A DNA stretch of 63,985 bases, filler included, from Streblomastix strix (lineage: Eukaryota), in the NCBI GenBank assembly GCA_008636045.1. It is 3 parts of 3 records of this genome, joined end to end, with 100 filler letters (N's around TTAATTAATTAA, not from the genome) between each part and the next. Parts side by side here need not be neighbours in the genome. Positions count along the whole stretch, not along the records: positions 1 to 21,355 come from SNRW01000375.1; positions 21,456 to 42,805 come from SNRW01000376.1; 1 more part is not named here. One strand, given 5' to 3'. Shown here one piece after another: positions 10,715-22,616 of this stretch (positions within the stretch are counted from its first letter, which is position 1; each line of letters starts with the position of its first letter). The notes under the pieces are model-generated. The model worked only from the letters and a program-made list of their open reading frames with translations, had not been told where the DNA came from and did no database searches. A program made the translations under genes and the position numbers.

Positions 10715-10837
10715 GTGATACCGTCGGGCCATTCTAGCCCAGCCCCTTCAATTTGAAGGGACCCCTAGAATATTTTTGACTTTATACCCGTTAGCTCATT
10801 TTTGAGCCGACCCCCTACAAAAATAAATTAAAGTAAT

Positions 10838-11647
10838 TCATTTATATAAGGTATTGACTAGGTCGTCCAATTGATTTAAGAACTTATCATTATCCTCCTT
10901 TTGAACTTCCATAGTAATATAACGAATAGATATATTTTAAAATTTGGTTCTAATTTATTTAATTATCTCATGGTTTCCACTAACGGCCACGGGTAAATTA
11001 TCATATATTTTTATGTATGTCTTATCTTCTTTGAAGCCGTTTTTGTGTTTCCTGTGGAACTTATATATAATTTTATCTTCTTTTTCTTCTATTAATTATA
11101 GCGCTAAAATATAATCGTTTTCTTTATCAAGGGGAACAACTCGATTTTATAATTATTATTTTTCAAATTAAAGCTATTTATTTTTTACTTATAATTCTTC
11201 AATAACCAAATTAATCGTATCCTCTGCATATGCTTATATGCTTGCTGTTTCGTCATATGTTGCTTAAACTCGTTCGTTTATTTTGTCCATTATCTTACGA
11301 ACATATACAGCGTATTTTGGTTCAACCCACATAGCAACATAATTAATTAGATTCTAATGGATATAATAGCCTTTATATTCCTTATCAAATCCTTTATTGA
11401 TTTAATACATTAATGAGTATGCCTTTTATTGGGCGGGCTCCAATTCATTCGTTTCGACCTTTAAATAGTTAGCCCAAAATTCACTTCTTAATAAGTTCCT
11501 AAATCTTTTATTATACTACTCACAAAATAACGTTGCATTTATATAATGGTCATCAGTTTTAATCAATAATTTTAAACCATTATAAGACCCTTCAATGAAT
11601 CGAATATTGTTGTTTGAGATTTTGGCGGTAGTATTGACTTGTTCCAT
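10838..11647 (-). CDS. KilA-N protein (mirror of 9709..10518)
   Basis: Inverted copy. Confidence 0.88.
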
Positions 11648-11956
11648 TTTATAGTTAGATAAAAAGTAAAAAAATAAAAAAATAAAGTTTATTTATTTTT
11701 ATTTGACATCGATTTTCAATTCAACCCTCGACCTACTATAGGAGACCATAAATGAAAAACCATCGATTGCTCGGTGCGCTCGATTTCGAGCGGACCCATT
11801 TTTTTACGATTTTCAATTCAACCCTCGACCTACTATAGGAGACCATAAATGAAAAACCATTGATTACTAAGCCCGAGCTTTTTAGCACGGACCCAAAAAG
11901 CATTGGTTTCTTCATTAATTTCCTACATCAATTAGCCTGCCATTTTTTTGGTGGGC

Positions 11957-12973
11957 TCAGTTCCTAAGTATTTCGTAAAGACCGAGCCACTTGTTTAAAA
12001 CCATAAACTCATATTTATTTAATGTGCCGTATAATAATAAAAATTCTTCAAAATCCAACCCTTATACGCTATTCTCCTCATAAACTTATTTTAAATCACT
12101 CTCGCCTATATTAACTCCAATTACGATTACGTGCGATAGTATGCGGGCTGTCTTAAATAAATAACTGGGTCGTTAAGCTATAAAAAATATTGTATTTTTA
12201 CTATGGCGTGAATCACTGACTAAATGGGTGATGGTCTTAGATAATGAACTACTAAATCGTTGTATATCAGCGTTGGATCCTATATCATCGAAAAGCATTA
12301 AAGTATTCAATAGCTGGGCATCTTTTAGAATAGGTATTTTTAATATTTTTATGTCTGCTGTTTATTTATCGTCTATGACTTTCAGTTTCTTTTAATAGCT
12401 CACATTCTAAATAATAGGTGGAACTTTGAACCTCAATATTTCAAAAGGTTATGAATATTTATTTATGGTCTCTATTATTGTTGATTAAAATAGTTCGGCC
12501 ATTCGGTCGATATACACTAATGGTTTTTCATCTCTTTTTATTGGGTTTGCTTCTATTAATTTCTCTTTCATTCGCTTTATAAAATCGCTGTTGTAATCAA
12601 AATTTTATTCCCGTAGCTTATAATAAGAATATACTTCTTTAGTGCTATATTTTACCTCGTCAAACTCTGGCAAAAAAATCATAGCCTCGCCATAAGTTAT
12701 ATTCACTATTTATATTCCTTTACTATTCAAATTTAAAGCCATAGTTTCATCAGCTCCAAAATTAGAGAAATAAATAATATAGGGGTCAATGATTTTTTTA
12801 TACATAACAATCAGCTTAGACATAAGCGTTGTTTTACCTGAGCCAACAGCTCCAACAATATAATGGTTTCCATTGACGAGGAACAACGAATTTTTAGTAA
12901 GTGGCCGTGTTTTATATTCGTTCAATAAATCCTAATTCGCAAATTATATATTTTGTAAATCTGAAAGTGTCAT
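11957..12973 (-). CDS. Packaging ATPase (mirror of 8383..9399)
   Basis: Inverted copy; ORF-track 12710..12925 is identical to 8431..8646. Confidence 0.9.
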
Positions 12974-12989
12974 TTTTATTAGGTTTAAA

Positions 12990-13376
12990 ATGTTTCCAAG
13001 CTAATGCAACATTTTGAATTTGATTATGGGAGTGATGAATTATATGTTTTATGGCTTCAACTTTATTATATCTATTTTATCCGTATCCATTCCTGACAAG
13101 CTTACGGATACAGTTAATTTAATCAAATAATTATGGGGGTATTTGGATATAGTATTGGTTCTCCTTAATATTACAATTTATATAATATAATTTTTTTATA
13201 GAAGGAAAATGGATAAGAAACAAAATATAATTCATTGGAATAAATTAACGGAGTAATAAATTGAGGCATTTTTGAACGAAGCAATAGCATATAAAGATTT
13301 TGAATTAGCTTAACATTTCCGTTATATATTATATTTGAAAATGTTAAATTAGCCCCAAGATAAATAATAAGTTTGA
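12990..13376 (+). CDS. Putative membrane protein (mirror of 7980..8366)
   Basis: Inverted copy. Confidence 0.6.
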
Positions 13377-13410
13377 TTTTATTATTTTTTATTTTTTTAT
13401 CTGATATAAA

Positions 13411-13773
13411 ATGACGAATCAATTTGAAAAACTCGAATTCTACCTTAGCCAAGACCAAGTAAAGAAAGACGGGCAACTAATCGAATCCATTAATGGCATA
13501 TAATTTAATGAACTCCGTTTATGGAATCTGCAATTCTATTAATTAACCAAAGCCAAAAATTCCGATTATACATATTATAGGAAGTTAAAATAATATGGGA
13601 AATACAACGAGAAGTATATATTCGTTAATGACATAAATAATAATGAATAGAAAATAAGCATAAAACAAATCATATAATCGAATCATAAGAAGAAGGCCAA
13701 CGGAACCAGCAGCGAAGCAATCAATAGCTATATTGACGAAACCAGAACAGAAGAGGAATAATGCGGGATATGA
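13411..13773 (+). CDS. Hypothetical protein (mirror of 7583..7945)
   Basis: Inverted copy. Confidence 0.65.
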
Positions 13774-13792
13774 AAATTTTATTTTTATATAA

Positions 13793-14041
13793 ATGGATAA
13801 ATTGTTTTAATTAGCAACAAACATAGGCCTATAATATAACGCAACAGATTACGAGATATTTAAAATATTCGAGATATTAATTGAACCAAATATTTTAACT
13901 GATGAGGAAAAATAAACCTATCAGCAATTCAAAAATCATTATACATTCATTGAGCCCGTAAGTGATAAAACCGATGAAATCATAAAATATTTTCAATATC
14001 TCAATTTGCTTATGAAGTTAAATTAAGCTAGTAATAATTGA
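13793..14041 (+). CDS. Hypothetical protein (mirror of 7315..7563)
   Basis: Inverted copy. Confidence 0.6.
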
Positions 14042-14447
14042 CTAAGCTACTATTTTATGCGTCATTTATAAAGTCAGTGTATATTTATTTCTCTGTTTCA
14101 TTAGCTTCGGAAATTATATATTTTTTTATTTATAGTGGCTGATTATTTTAATCCAATTATTTTTTTATTTAATTGTATTTATTTTTAAAATATTTCTCCT
14201 GTTCATTAAATAGTTTGTTTTTATATTCTTCCTCATCAACATATTATTTTATGCTTTACAATTTATTTTATAAATTTAGAAATTATTTATTTATCCTCTG
14301 TAATTCTTTCAAAAGTGGATGAATTTATTCTTTACTTTCTTTGATAAGTAAATTATTTAGTGCATCAATGGCTACCCTTATCGTATCCTCATTTTCAAAA
14401 TGACATTTAACAAGTTCATTAAAAAGCTGTTTTATTGGTTTATCCAT
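14001..14447 (-). CDS. Coiled-coil protein (mirror of 6909..7355)
   Basis: Inverted copy. Confidence 0.68.
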
Positions 14448-14473
14448 TTTATATAAAAATAAAATTATCCTTT

Positions 14474-16495
14474 TCACGGAGGAACTGACCCTAATGTTAT
14501 TGGACGAGCACGCCAGCATATATTAGTTCCATTACTATAAAATCCCCCTTCTGTGCCTACACTATTTACACCCCATAAAATAGGATTTCCTGCTGAATAT
14601 TAAACTGAGCCACTACTAGCCCCATTCGTAGCACCTACGCCAGCTATAACTGACCCGTTGAAACTTAATGTATTTCCATCAGCAGATATTTATAAACCTT
14701 TACCAGATGTATTTTAGTCAGCTGTTCGCACAATATTTAGCGTTCCATCACCCTTTTTATATATTGACCATTATTTATCTATGTATCCAGAAGTTGTATT
14801 TGGATCACATCCTAATGATATTAGGCATAAATTATTTGTTGTATTTGCAATTCGCAAACCTTCACTATAATTTCCAGTTTAAGGATTAATTTAAAATGGT
14901 GATTAAAACATATTCGAAAATAATTAAACCCTAGTTGTATAATCTGTAGGTAAAGCATCAACCATATCACTATTTAATACATTTGATATCAAATCTGGAA
15001 ACGTATTTTATCTCGTTAATTGTATATCAACGCTATTACTCCATGCGTTCATATTACACCATAATTCACCATAGCCTGTAGTTCCTGACCCATAATATAA
15101 AATATAAGCTCTTTTTAAAAATGTGTTAGATTCAAAATGATAAGTGTATTGACCAATTCCATCAGTGATATAATTTTAATTGAATTATATTAATCCAAAC
15201 GCCTATCTGCAATTAATGTAAAATGCAACCGAAACATTATTTGATTAATTATATGGAATAAATTAACATAATTTAATATATTTTTCTGTAGTTGATACAT
15301 AATAATTATGTTAAGCTAAAACTACTTTTTTAGTTGTCCCATCAGCTATTAGAATTTCATTATTCGTTCCATTTGTTTTTTTGATTGAATCAAATGTTTT
15401 TATTCCTGTAATGGTTTAATTAGATGCTAAATCAACCACTCCGTTTATTGTATCTCCATTAGCACAAAGCACCTCGGCAGCTAATCCGCCAGTCTTAATA
15501 AATTTGGTTGCGGTAATGTTTCCGTCATATGTCAATTATTGAGGATGCACATGGTCATTTCTACTATAAAAATCACTCGTTCCATTAGCGGTAGCAGTAG
15601 CATTTACCAGTGGCACATTTGCCACAGTTGGATCAACATTAAGAGGATGCGCATGATTTGACCTAGCATAATAATCTAAATTTCCGTTGTTTCCTGTTCC
15701 CGTATCTTTTTGGGGTAAATTTGCGACAGTTGGGTCTGTGTTCAAAATATGCTAATGGTCGGCTCTAGAGTATGCCGTTGATGTTCCCGCTGCTCCTGTG
15801 CCTGTATCTCTAGATGGTATTTATTCGCTGACTTAAAGGGGGTGCTAATGGTCCCCTCTAGCGTATTCTGTATTAATGCCTGCAACACCTGCGCCACTAT
15901 CAACCAATAGCACCGTATCGCTTGCGGGCGTTACCTAATCAGGGACAATATCGCCGCTATTATACCAATTATCGGAATACATCCATACGGTCCCACTCTC
16001 GGCACTGAATGCATAATCACCATCAGCAGAATCAGGGAGTGTTTATATATCCGTGTTCAATAAATAATAGCCTCTAAAATGCTATTATCGTGTAAGCTCT
16101 TACTGAATGGCTATTATACCATTTTTTACCCCGACAATATCAGAGTCAATAGTGCCGACAGTAGATTATAATTAATTTACTTCATTAATTAATTGATTAA
16201 TTTATGCGACGAAATCAAAATTTAGAACCTTTAAATTCTTTACCGTAAGCAAGCCATCAGCGGCTATTATTAATGCAAAATCTGAAGCTTGGCCGTCAAT
16301 GATTTAATTATTGGCAGCATAAACTAATGCGTTATCATTATCTATAAATAATTAATAATCTTCATTTTATATTTACCCGCTACCTGAACAACTGCCGCGT
16401 TTCTAGTATTGGAAATAATAAGCTATATCGTTAGTGATTAATTAACGGACTGCGCGGATCTATTATTAAGAAAGACTGGGATTATTTCTTTGCAT
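14474..16495 (-). CDS. Tail-fibre-like HxH-repeat protein (mirror of 4861..6882)
   Basis: Inverted copy. Confidence 0.78.
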
Positions 16496-16543
16496 TTTAT
16501 TTCTACAAAAATAAATTAATTAATCAATTCATAAATGAATTTG

Positions 16544-16750
16544 TCAGCGTTTATTTACCAGTCGATCTACCGCCCCTGCAAGATTTGAACCTGCGCCCAA
16601 CGCTGCCCCAATGCCCGGATGGATCATTCCGACGGGGCCCGCCACCGTATTTAATACTTTATGGAGAGTTGGCGCTATCCATTAGGCTGCTTTCGTAACG
16701 CCTCCTAGGATCTTGCTTCCGAAATTTGATATTTTTGAGAAAAAACCCAT
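16544..16750 (-). CDS. Amphipathic peptide (mirror of 4606..4812)
   Basis: Inverted copy. Confidence 0.68.
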
Positions 16751-16784
16751 TTACTTTATAATAAAAATATAAAAAAGCATCTAA

Positions 16785-17363
16785 TCATTCATAATTATTA
16801 TTTCGTAATCTATCCAAATAAACTCTAATTGTTTTGTGCTCAATAGTTTAAGCACTGACATATAAATATTTATTTTCATTTAAGCGAACAATTAATTTTC
16901 TAAATTTTAGCCCATTATTGAAATATACATTGAATTCTTAATCAAAACAATAATTTTCTAAATCATGCCCATTATATAAGTCAAGCCGTTAAGTTGCTTC
17001 TGGTAGCTCATCAAAATATTCATATTCAATTTTTTAGCAACTTGATTTATTCATTTAATTTTATGACCTAGAAGCCCAACGTAAATTTTCAATTCTATTA
17101 TCTGCTTTGTTTTAATTTATATGGTCTATTTATGGCAAATCATCAGGATTTGGAATAAATTATATTGCAATAACTCGATGATATTAATGTGTTTATCCAT
17201 TTAATTTTATCCGTTAATACCCAGAAGGTTTATGAAACAATATTTTAGGTATAAATTAATCTCGTATGCGTCTAATAGTATGCGGCTCTTCAATCAATAT
17301 TTCATAATTAGTATCAACAATTAATGGAACAAATTAATTTACTTCATTGATTTATTCAGCCAT
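16785..17363 (-). CDS. HNH endonuclease (mirror of 3993..4571)
   Basis: Inverted copy. Confidence 0.88.
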
Positions 17364-17468
17364 TTTATAGACAGATAAAAAAATAAATAATAAAAAAAAT
17401 TAGTTTAAAATAAAAATATAAAAATGAATGCTTGCCAGTGCTTTTTATTTATTTTTATTTATTTAAAA

Positions 17469-19424
17469 ATGTCATTCTCAGCAAGCGATTATTTAAGTAA
17501 ATTGGCGAAAATGCAACACTCGGACTATATTAGTGGCTATATGGCGATGGGTGAGGTATTGAAAACTATGAGCATTCACCCGTAATCTTTCACCATATCA
17601 AAATAAGAATTTTTTGACCAGCCGCTTACTCAATTAACATCTGGAGGAGTAAAATATACCCGTGCTCCACTAGCAGCAAGAGGATCGGCTACTTGTTCAA
17701 TGGTTTAAACTTGTTAGGTAAATTGGACTATAAAAATACCTAAAAATACACTGGCAATATAATTGAATAAAGTACCTGTGGCTGCCGTTACTACCGACGG
17801 AACAGCAAGTGCAGCTGTTAATTTTAATGGAAAAGTAGGAATCACAGCTGAACAAACTGACAATATGACATAGGCGGCATAAGGTTATGCACTAACTGAA
17901 GTTTTGCGTTTTTGGTTAGGATTTTCCACTACTTGCGGCCCATTTAATTAATTTGCAATATGTAAAGATAGCACGAAATTATGGGATACATCAATTTATG
18001 CAAGAGAGCAAGCCGTAATTTGTACAAATTCATTAAGTGATTTATGCACTAATAACTCTGTCAGCGTTTCACCTCTAGAAAGCATCATATAGGGAAAGCG
18101 TCATTGTGGGGTATTTATAGACGTGCCATTAAGCGACATAAATACACGATCAGCAACAAATGCATGGTATTATCCAATTCCTGATGATATTGTTTTTAGT
18201 GGTGTTCTTGATTTAAATTAATTGAACCCGATATTTAATTCATTTCCTGTTTTGACAAGAAATTACGCATCATTATATTTATAGCTCTGGATGTAGGACT
18301 TCCTGCAAGATTTGAAGGTTGTATGGCTAAATAAAACTGATACAGTAGTAAATAGACATTTGGCTTATTAAATGATTCCACCAGAGAAGCCAGATATAAT
18401 CTATTTATTAAAAGCTGCAACAGCTGGGGATGTTTATAGTTATGGTAAATTTAGCGCCCGAATTGTTAATATATAAGGTGCAGCTGTTGATGCTAAAGTT
18501 CCATAGAACACCATTAGCTAAATTAAAGATGCATCATTCACAAAATTAGAGATATAAAATGTATGTTTCAATATTGAAAATGAAGACGCGATTATTTAAC
18601 TTATCCAAAACCAAAAAATTATTAATTTCCTCACTTAAGTAATAAGGTCGTAATCTTCCAATTTTCCATTTAATAATTTTGGTATCATAAGCGGCAGCCT
18701 ATAAAGTATTATGTCATTCTCGAACATAAAGGCTATGTTTATGACTTTCGCCATGCCTTAATATCCTACGTGGTTTTTCCCTGTCCTATTCCACAACTTC
18801 GATTTGGTCATCGATTAGCGCCATGTGATACCATAACCATACGAAGCATTAACTTAAGCCGTATGTGGTTAAATGTTTGATTGTTTCGTTGATTAGGACG
18901 TCGTTAGTGCCCCCTCTGATTTGTATCATTCTCTTACTTTCGAGAATGCTAATACAGACGATTAAAAATACTTTTATGGATATAACGGCGCAACTGTAGC
19001 CAATCCAAAGTAAGCAAATATATTTTATCGAACTACTTTATACCATGGGACAAAAGAAACTAAAACATTATACCCTAATAAATTTATGCTTGCGTGGAAA
19101 CTCGCCACTGATGATTCATTTATGCGAGGCTATAATTCTTCAAAAATTAGTGCTAGAACAAATATATAAGTTATTTTAAATGGTAATTTAGTGCGAGAAA
19201 TTAACGAAACCACTGATATAAACGCCACATAAAAATAAAACGTTTTTGCCGAATTTAGCGGCACACGAGCATATCCTGATCCAGTAGAGGTTGGACTGAC
19301 ACCGATTACTCATTATCTTTGTGATGCTATAGTCAGGATAATGTTTGATGATAACCCCGACCCGCACGTGCTTAGTTTGGAGGTGATTGGAGAGATGGGT
19401 GGCTCAATGGTCCGCAATGGATGA
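17469..19424 (+). CDS. Probable major capsid protein (mirror of 1932..3887)
   Basis: ATG 17469 to TGA 19422-19424, 652 codons. Confidence 0.65.
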
Positions 19425-19440
19425 ATAAAAATATTATTTT

Positions 19441-19581
19441 TCAGCCATATATTGAATTTCTAACTTCTTCACTAATTTCTTCACTATTTATTTTTATTTA
19501 TGCTATCATTAATATACACCCAAGCAAATTATTACAAGCGATAATCATTAATGATATGCTGGTTATTATTTCCAAAATCAT
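19441..19581 (-). CDS. Small hydrophobic protein (mirror of 1775..1915)
   Basis: Inverted copy. Confidence 0.5.
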
Positions 19582-19639
19582 TTATAGAAAAATAAAAATA
19601 CTTTTTTTTGCCAAAAAAAAGCCGCAAAGCACCTAATTT

Positions 19640-19765
19640 TCACCTACAAATTTTAGATTCGCATGCGTATTTTATTGCTGCCTCCCAAATGGTTTTAAAT
19701 ATAGCATGCCAATTTATATTTAATTAATCAAGGGCATAAATAACTGTCTCAATAAAGCCATCCAT
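19640..19765 (-). CDS. Small hypothetical protein (mirror of 1591..1716)
   Basis: Inverted copy. Confidence 0.5.
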
Positions 19766-19790
19766 TTATTTAAAAATAAAAATTATTTTT

Positions 19791-20837
19791 TCAAGCTGAT
19801 TAATTATAAACAGCGTATGAATCGCAAACTTATACGCAAAAATCATCAGGTAAATGAAGCTGGCACATTGTATTTATTATTACGTTACCGTTGGGATTAA
19901 TAAAGCAATCAATGGGAACGGCACCATTCCATAAAATTGGATAACCAATACCTTTTACCACAAAAATAAGAGCATTAAGGGGTATATTATGCGTAGTGCC
20001 AGAAAATTTTGGTTTTATGGCATTATTGACGATAGAAAATAATGTATATCCTGATTCTGTTAATGTATTAGGATCTGAATGCGTTATTTACACAGATATA
20101 TAAACTCGATCTTTTTATGATTTTACAGTGCCCCAAATTAATTATTCATACATACCATAGGCTATAGATTAATATATTGCATATTCGATAGGTGGGATAG
20201 GTAATGGTGCTATAACTTCGTTGTTGAATTTTAATGTTGAGCAATCAAAATCAATAATCAACCCCTTATAATCATATGCATCATCTTCTTATTTTTATAT
20301 CCTAAATTATGATGACGTTGAGCCCATTTTCCATACTCCATCTTTATTTGTGGTGTCAGCGTTGCAGACCGTCAATACGAAACTATCCCAATTCGCTTTA
20401 TTTTTCATTATCCTTATGCCTTGGTTGCGTATATCATCATTGGGTTCAATAATCATTTAAAGCATTGCATGAGGCGCTACCCTAGGCAAAAAATCCCCTG
20501 TATCTTATGTTTCACCATTAGCGAGTAGAATTTAATTATTTGTGCCACCAGTCAAAATAAATTTAGTTCCATAAATAGGTGATAAAAAGGTTTTGATTCC
20601 CTTAATAGTTTAATTTGCGGTAAGATTAACGAACCCAACAGCTTTTTTAAAAAATTGAGCTAGATAAGAAAACCATTTTAATGTTTGCGTATCAATGATT
20701 GTCATTAATTGATTTTTTTATTTTATTTATTTCATTTACTCGTCCTATTATTATTTCAATAGTTGAAATTATTATTGTTCTTATGCTAAATCATCCTCAT
20801 CAAGATTTTATAAATCGCTTAAAATCGGGGAGTCCAT
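19791..20837 (-). CDS. Fibre-like protein (mirror of 519..1565)
   Basis: Inverted copy. Confidence 0.68.
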
Positions 20838-20922
20838 TTATATAAAAATAAATTTATGTTATCGTTCAAAAATCATTTTCATTTATTTCAGTCTCTGGTG
20901 TATCATTGAGACGGATAAAATG

Positions 20923-21354
20923 TCAATTTACCCTATATAATTTTTCTATTGAATTAAATAACACATTATCAAGAACTTTAACGGATACGTTTTTTATTAA
21001 AATATCCTATACTCTAATCAAATCCTTCTTCTTTAGCTTTTTCGGTATGCAAGTATGCGGCTAAATAATGGCTTCCTCTAATACTATTTCAACATCATCT
21101 TCATCGTTCTGAGTAATTAGTGCCCAAAATTTGATGAAGTTATCAGAGGAGAAAACAAAATCATCGCCTCGTTATCGTTTGGTAATGGTGCGCCAAATCG
21201 TATCAATCACGAACTTTTGAACTTCTAAATTTGGATGAGACAAATATATATTTCTTGGTTGTTCTTCTGCAAGCTTTTATATAGCCTCTTCTGGTTCAAC
21301 TTATGCGGTGGTGCGTTCCACTTCTTTATATTTATTTATGTTATATTTTTTATG
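20923..21354 (-). CDS. Truncated hypothetical protein (mirror of 2..433)
   Basis: Inverted copy. Confidence 0.62.
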
Positions 21355-21355
21355 A

Positions 21356-21455
21356 NNNNNNNNNNNNNNNNNNNNNNNNNNNNNNNNNNNNNNNNNNNNT
21401 TAATTAATTAANNNNNNNNNNNNNNNNNNNNNNNNNNNNNNNNNNNNNNNNNNNN
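21356..21455. other. Artificial contig linker
   Basis: 100 bp of Ns containing TTAATTAATTAA. Confidence 0.98.
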
Positions 21456-22616
21456 TGCAATCATTTTATTTCAATTATATTATTCTCTTCTAAATATTTG
21501 TATTTATATTATTTTGCAACTATTCTGTTGATAGAGTTCAATCAGATGGACCGAAATAGTTGACGTTATGCGATTGCACAAGATGGACCATTATGTTTGA
21601 TTTTTAAAGAAGCAGTGCCGGATGGACTGAAAGCATAAAATTTTATTACTCAATTAGATGCATAAACGACTTTTGAAGCGATAATGAGTCACAGGATGAA
21701 TCATAGTGCTTGTTGTTAGATTGACGCATCGGATAAACCGAAGTGCATGACAATATATGTGTATTTCCACAAGAGATAAACCAAAGTACTTGATGATATT
21801 ATTATTACTGCAAAAAAACTGAAACGTTGTATATGACACACTAATGCTAATTTAAATATACACGTGCTCATATGATCAAAATTATAGCCATCATAGCTGA
21901 ATATACTTTCCACATCAAGTATAAATCTGTGCCCATCAATAAATATCTGTTCAACACATAAACAATAGATCCCTTATTACTCCAGGGTCAACCGATGAAG
22001 TAAATTTGGGTTATAAGAATATGATTATATAAACGTTCCTTTCACGAGTCTTCAATTTTCAGCCTTAATGCACTTCATTTTATTGCTTATTCTTCTTAAA
22101 CATAATCAAAAAAAGATAATTTGAAGACACAACAGGCATATTTGATTAGGCACTCTTTATTAAACTGTAGAGAGAAGTAAGCAAAAAAATAAAAAAATAT
22201 ATTAAAAAAAGTTGGAAAGTGAGAAGATAAAATTAAACATTAAAAATTAAGATAGCATCTCTTCACATGAAGCCGGTTCATAGAGATTGAGATATCTTAG
22301 TGTAGTTTGTTTAATAAAACTTCTCACTCATGTTCTGATTTTGTCACAAACCTGCACGTGTAGTGGCTCCTTCTCAATATTCGAGTCTTTTAAAGAATCT
22401 ATCATCAAATTGATGTTTTCCTCATTCCTAATGAAATATTTAATAGCTTTTGGAGAGTTTAGCTTGTTATAGAAGTCATCGACCATGCGAGATCGATAAG
22501 CATGGTCAGAGTGTTTTGTTCATCGCAGATACATGGCTGATTAAATTAGTCTTTGTGATATTTAACCCTCATTAACTAAAACACATTCTTAATTTTCCTT
22601 TTTGGTATGTAGAAAG

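Larger units (their letters stand above)
1..21355. repeat. Contig-wide inverted duplication: arms 1-10586 and 10770-21355, unique 183-bp spacer 10587-10769
   Basis: Contig start is the reverse complement of contig end; every ORF-track pair has identical protein and coordinates summing to 21356 (e.g. 8431..8646+ / 12710..12925-); symmetry breaks after 10586. Confidence 0.97.
1..21355. mobile_element. Partial Polinton/Maverick-like virus (PLV) genome, present twice in inverted orientation
   Basis: Intron-free, tightly packed ORFs including A32-type packaging ATPase, probable capsid protein, fibre-like proteins, HNH nuclease, KilA-N and a PolB-like C-terminus; no host-type genes. Confidence 0.85.

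Noticed and set aside
1..10769. Integrase, maturation protease or penton gene
   Set aside because: No convincing motifs in the visible segment; they may lie in the missing parts
1..10769. Bacterial prophage from a symbiont
   Set aside because: Both TAA and TAG are read through as in the host genes, starts lack Shine-Dalgarno context, and the ATPase is A32-type rather than a terminase
1..21355. Hairpin-telomere replication intermediate or giant TIRs as the explanation for the palindrome
   Set aside because: The spacer is not self-complementary overall and contains a broken gene end joined at a microhomology, which better fits a fold-back chimera; not fully excluded without reads
21356..21455. 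TTAATTAATTAA palindrome inside Ns (also 42806-42905)
   Set aside because: Artificial six-frame stop linker; adjacency of the three contigs has no biological meaning
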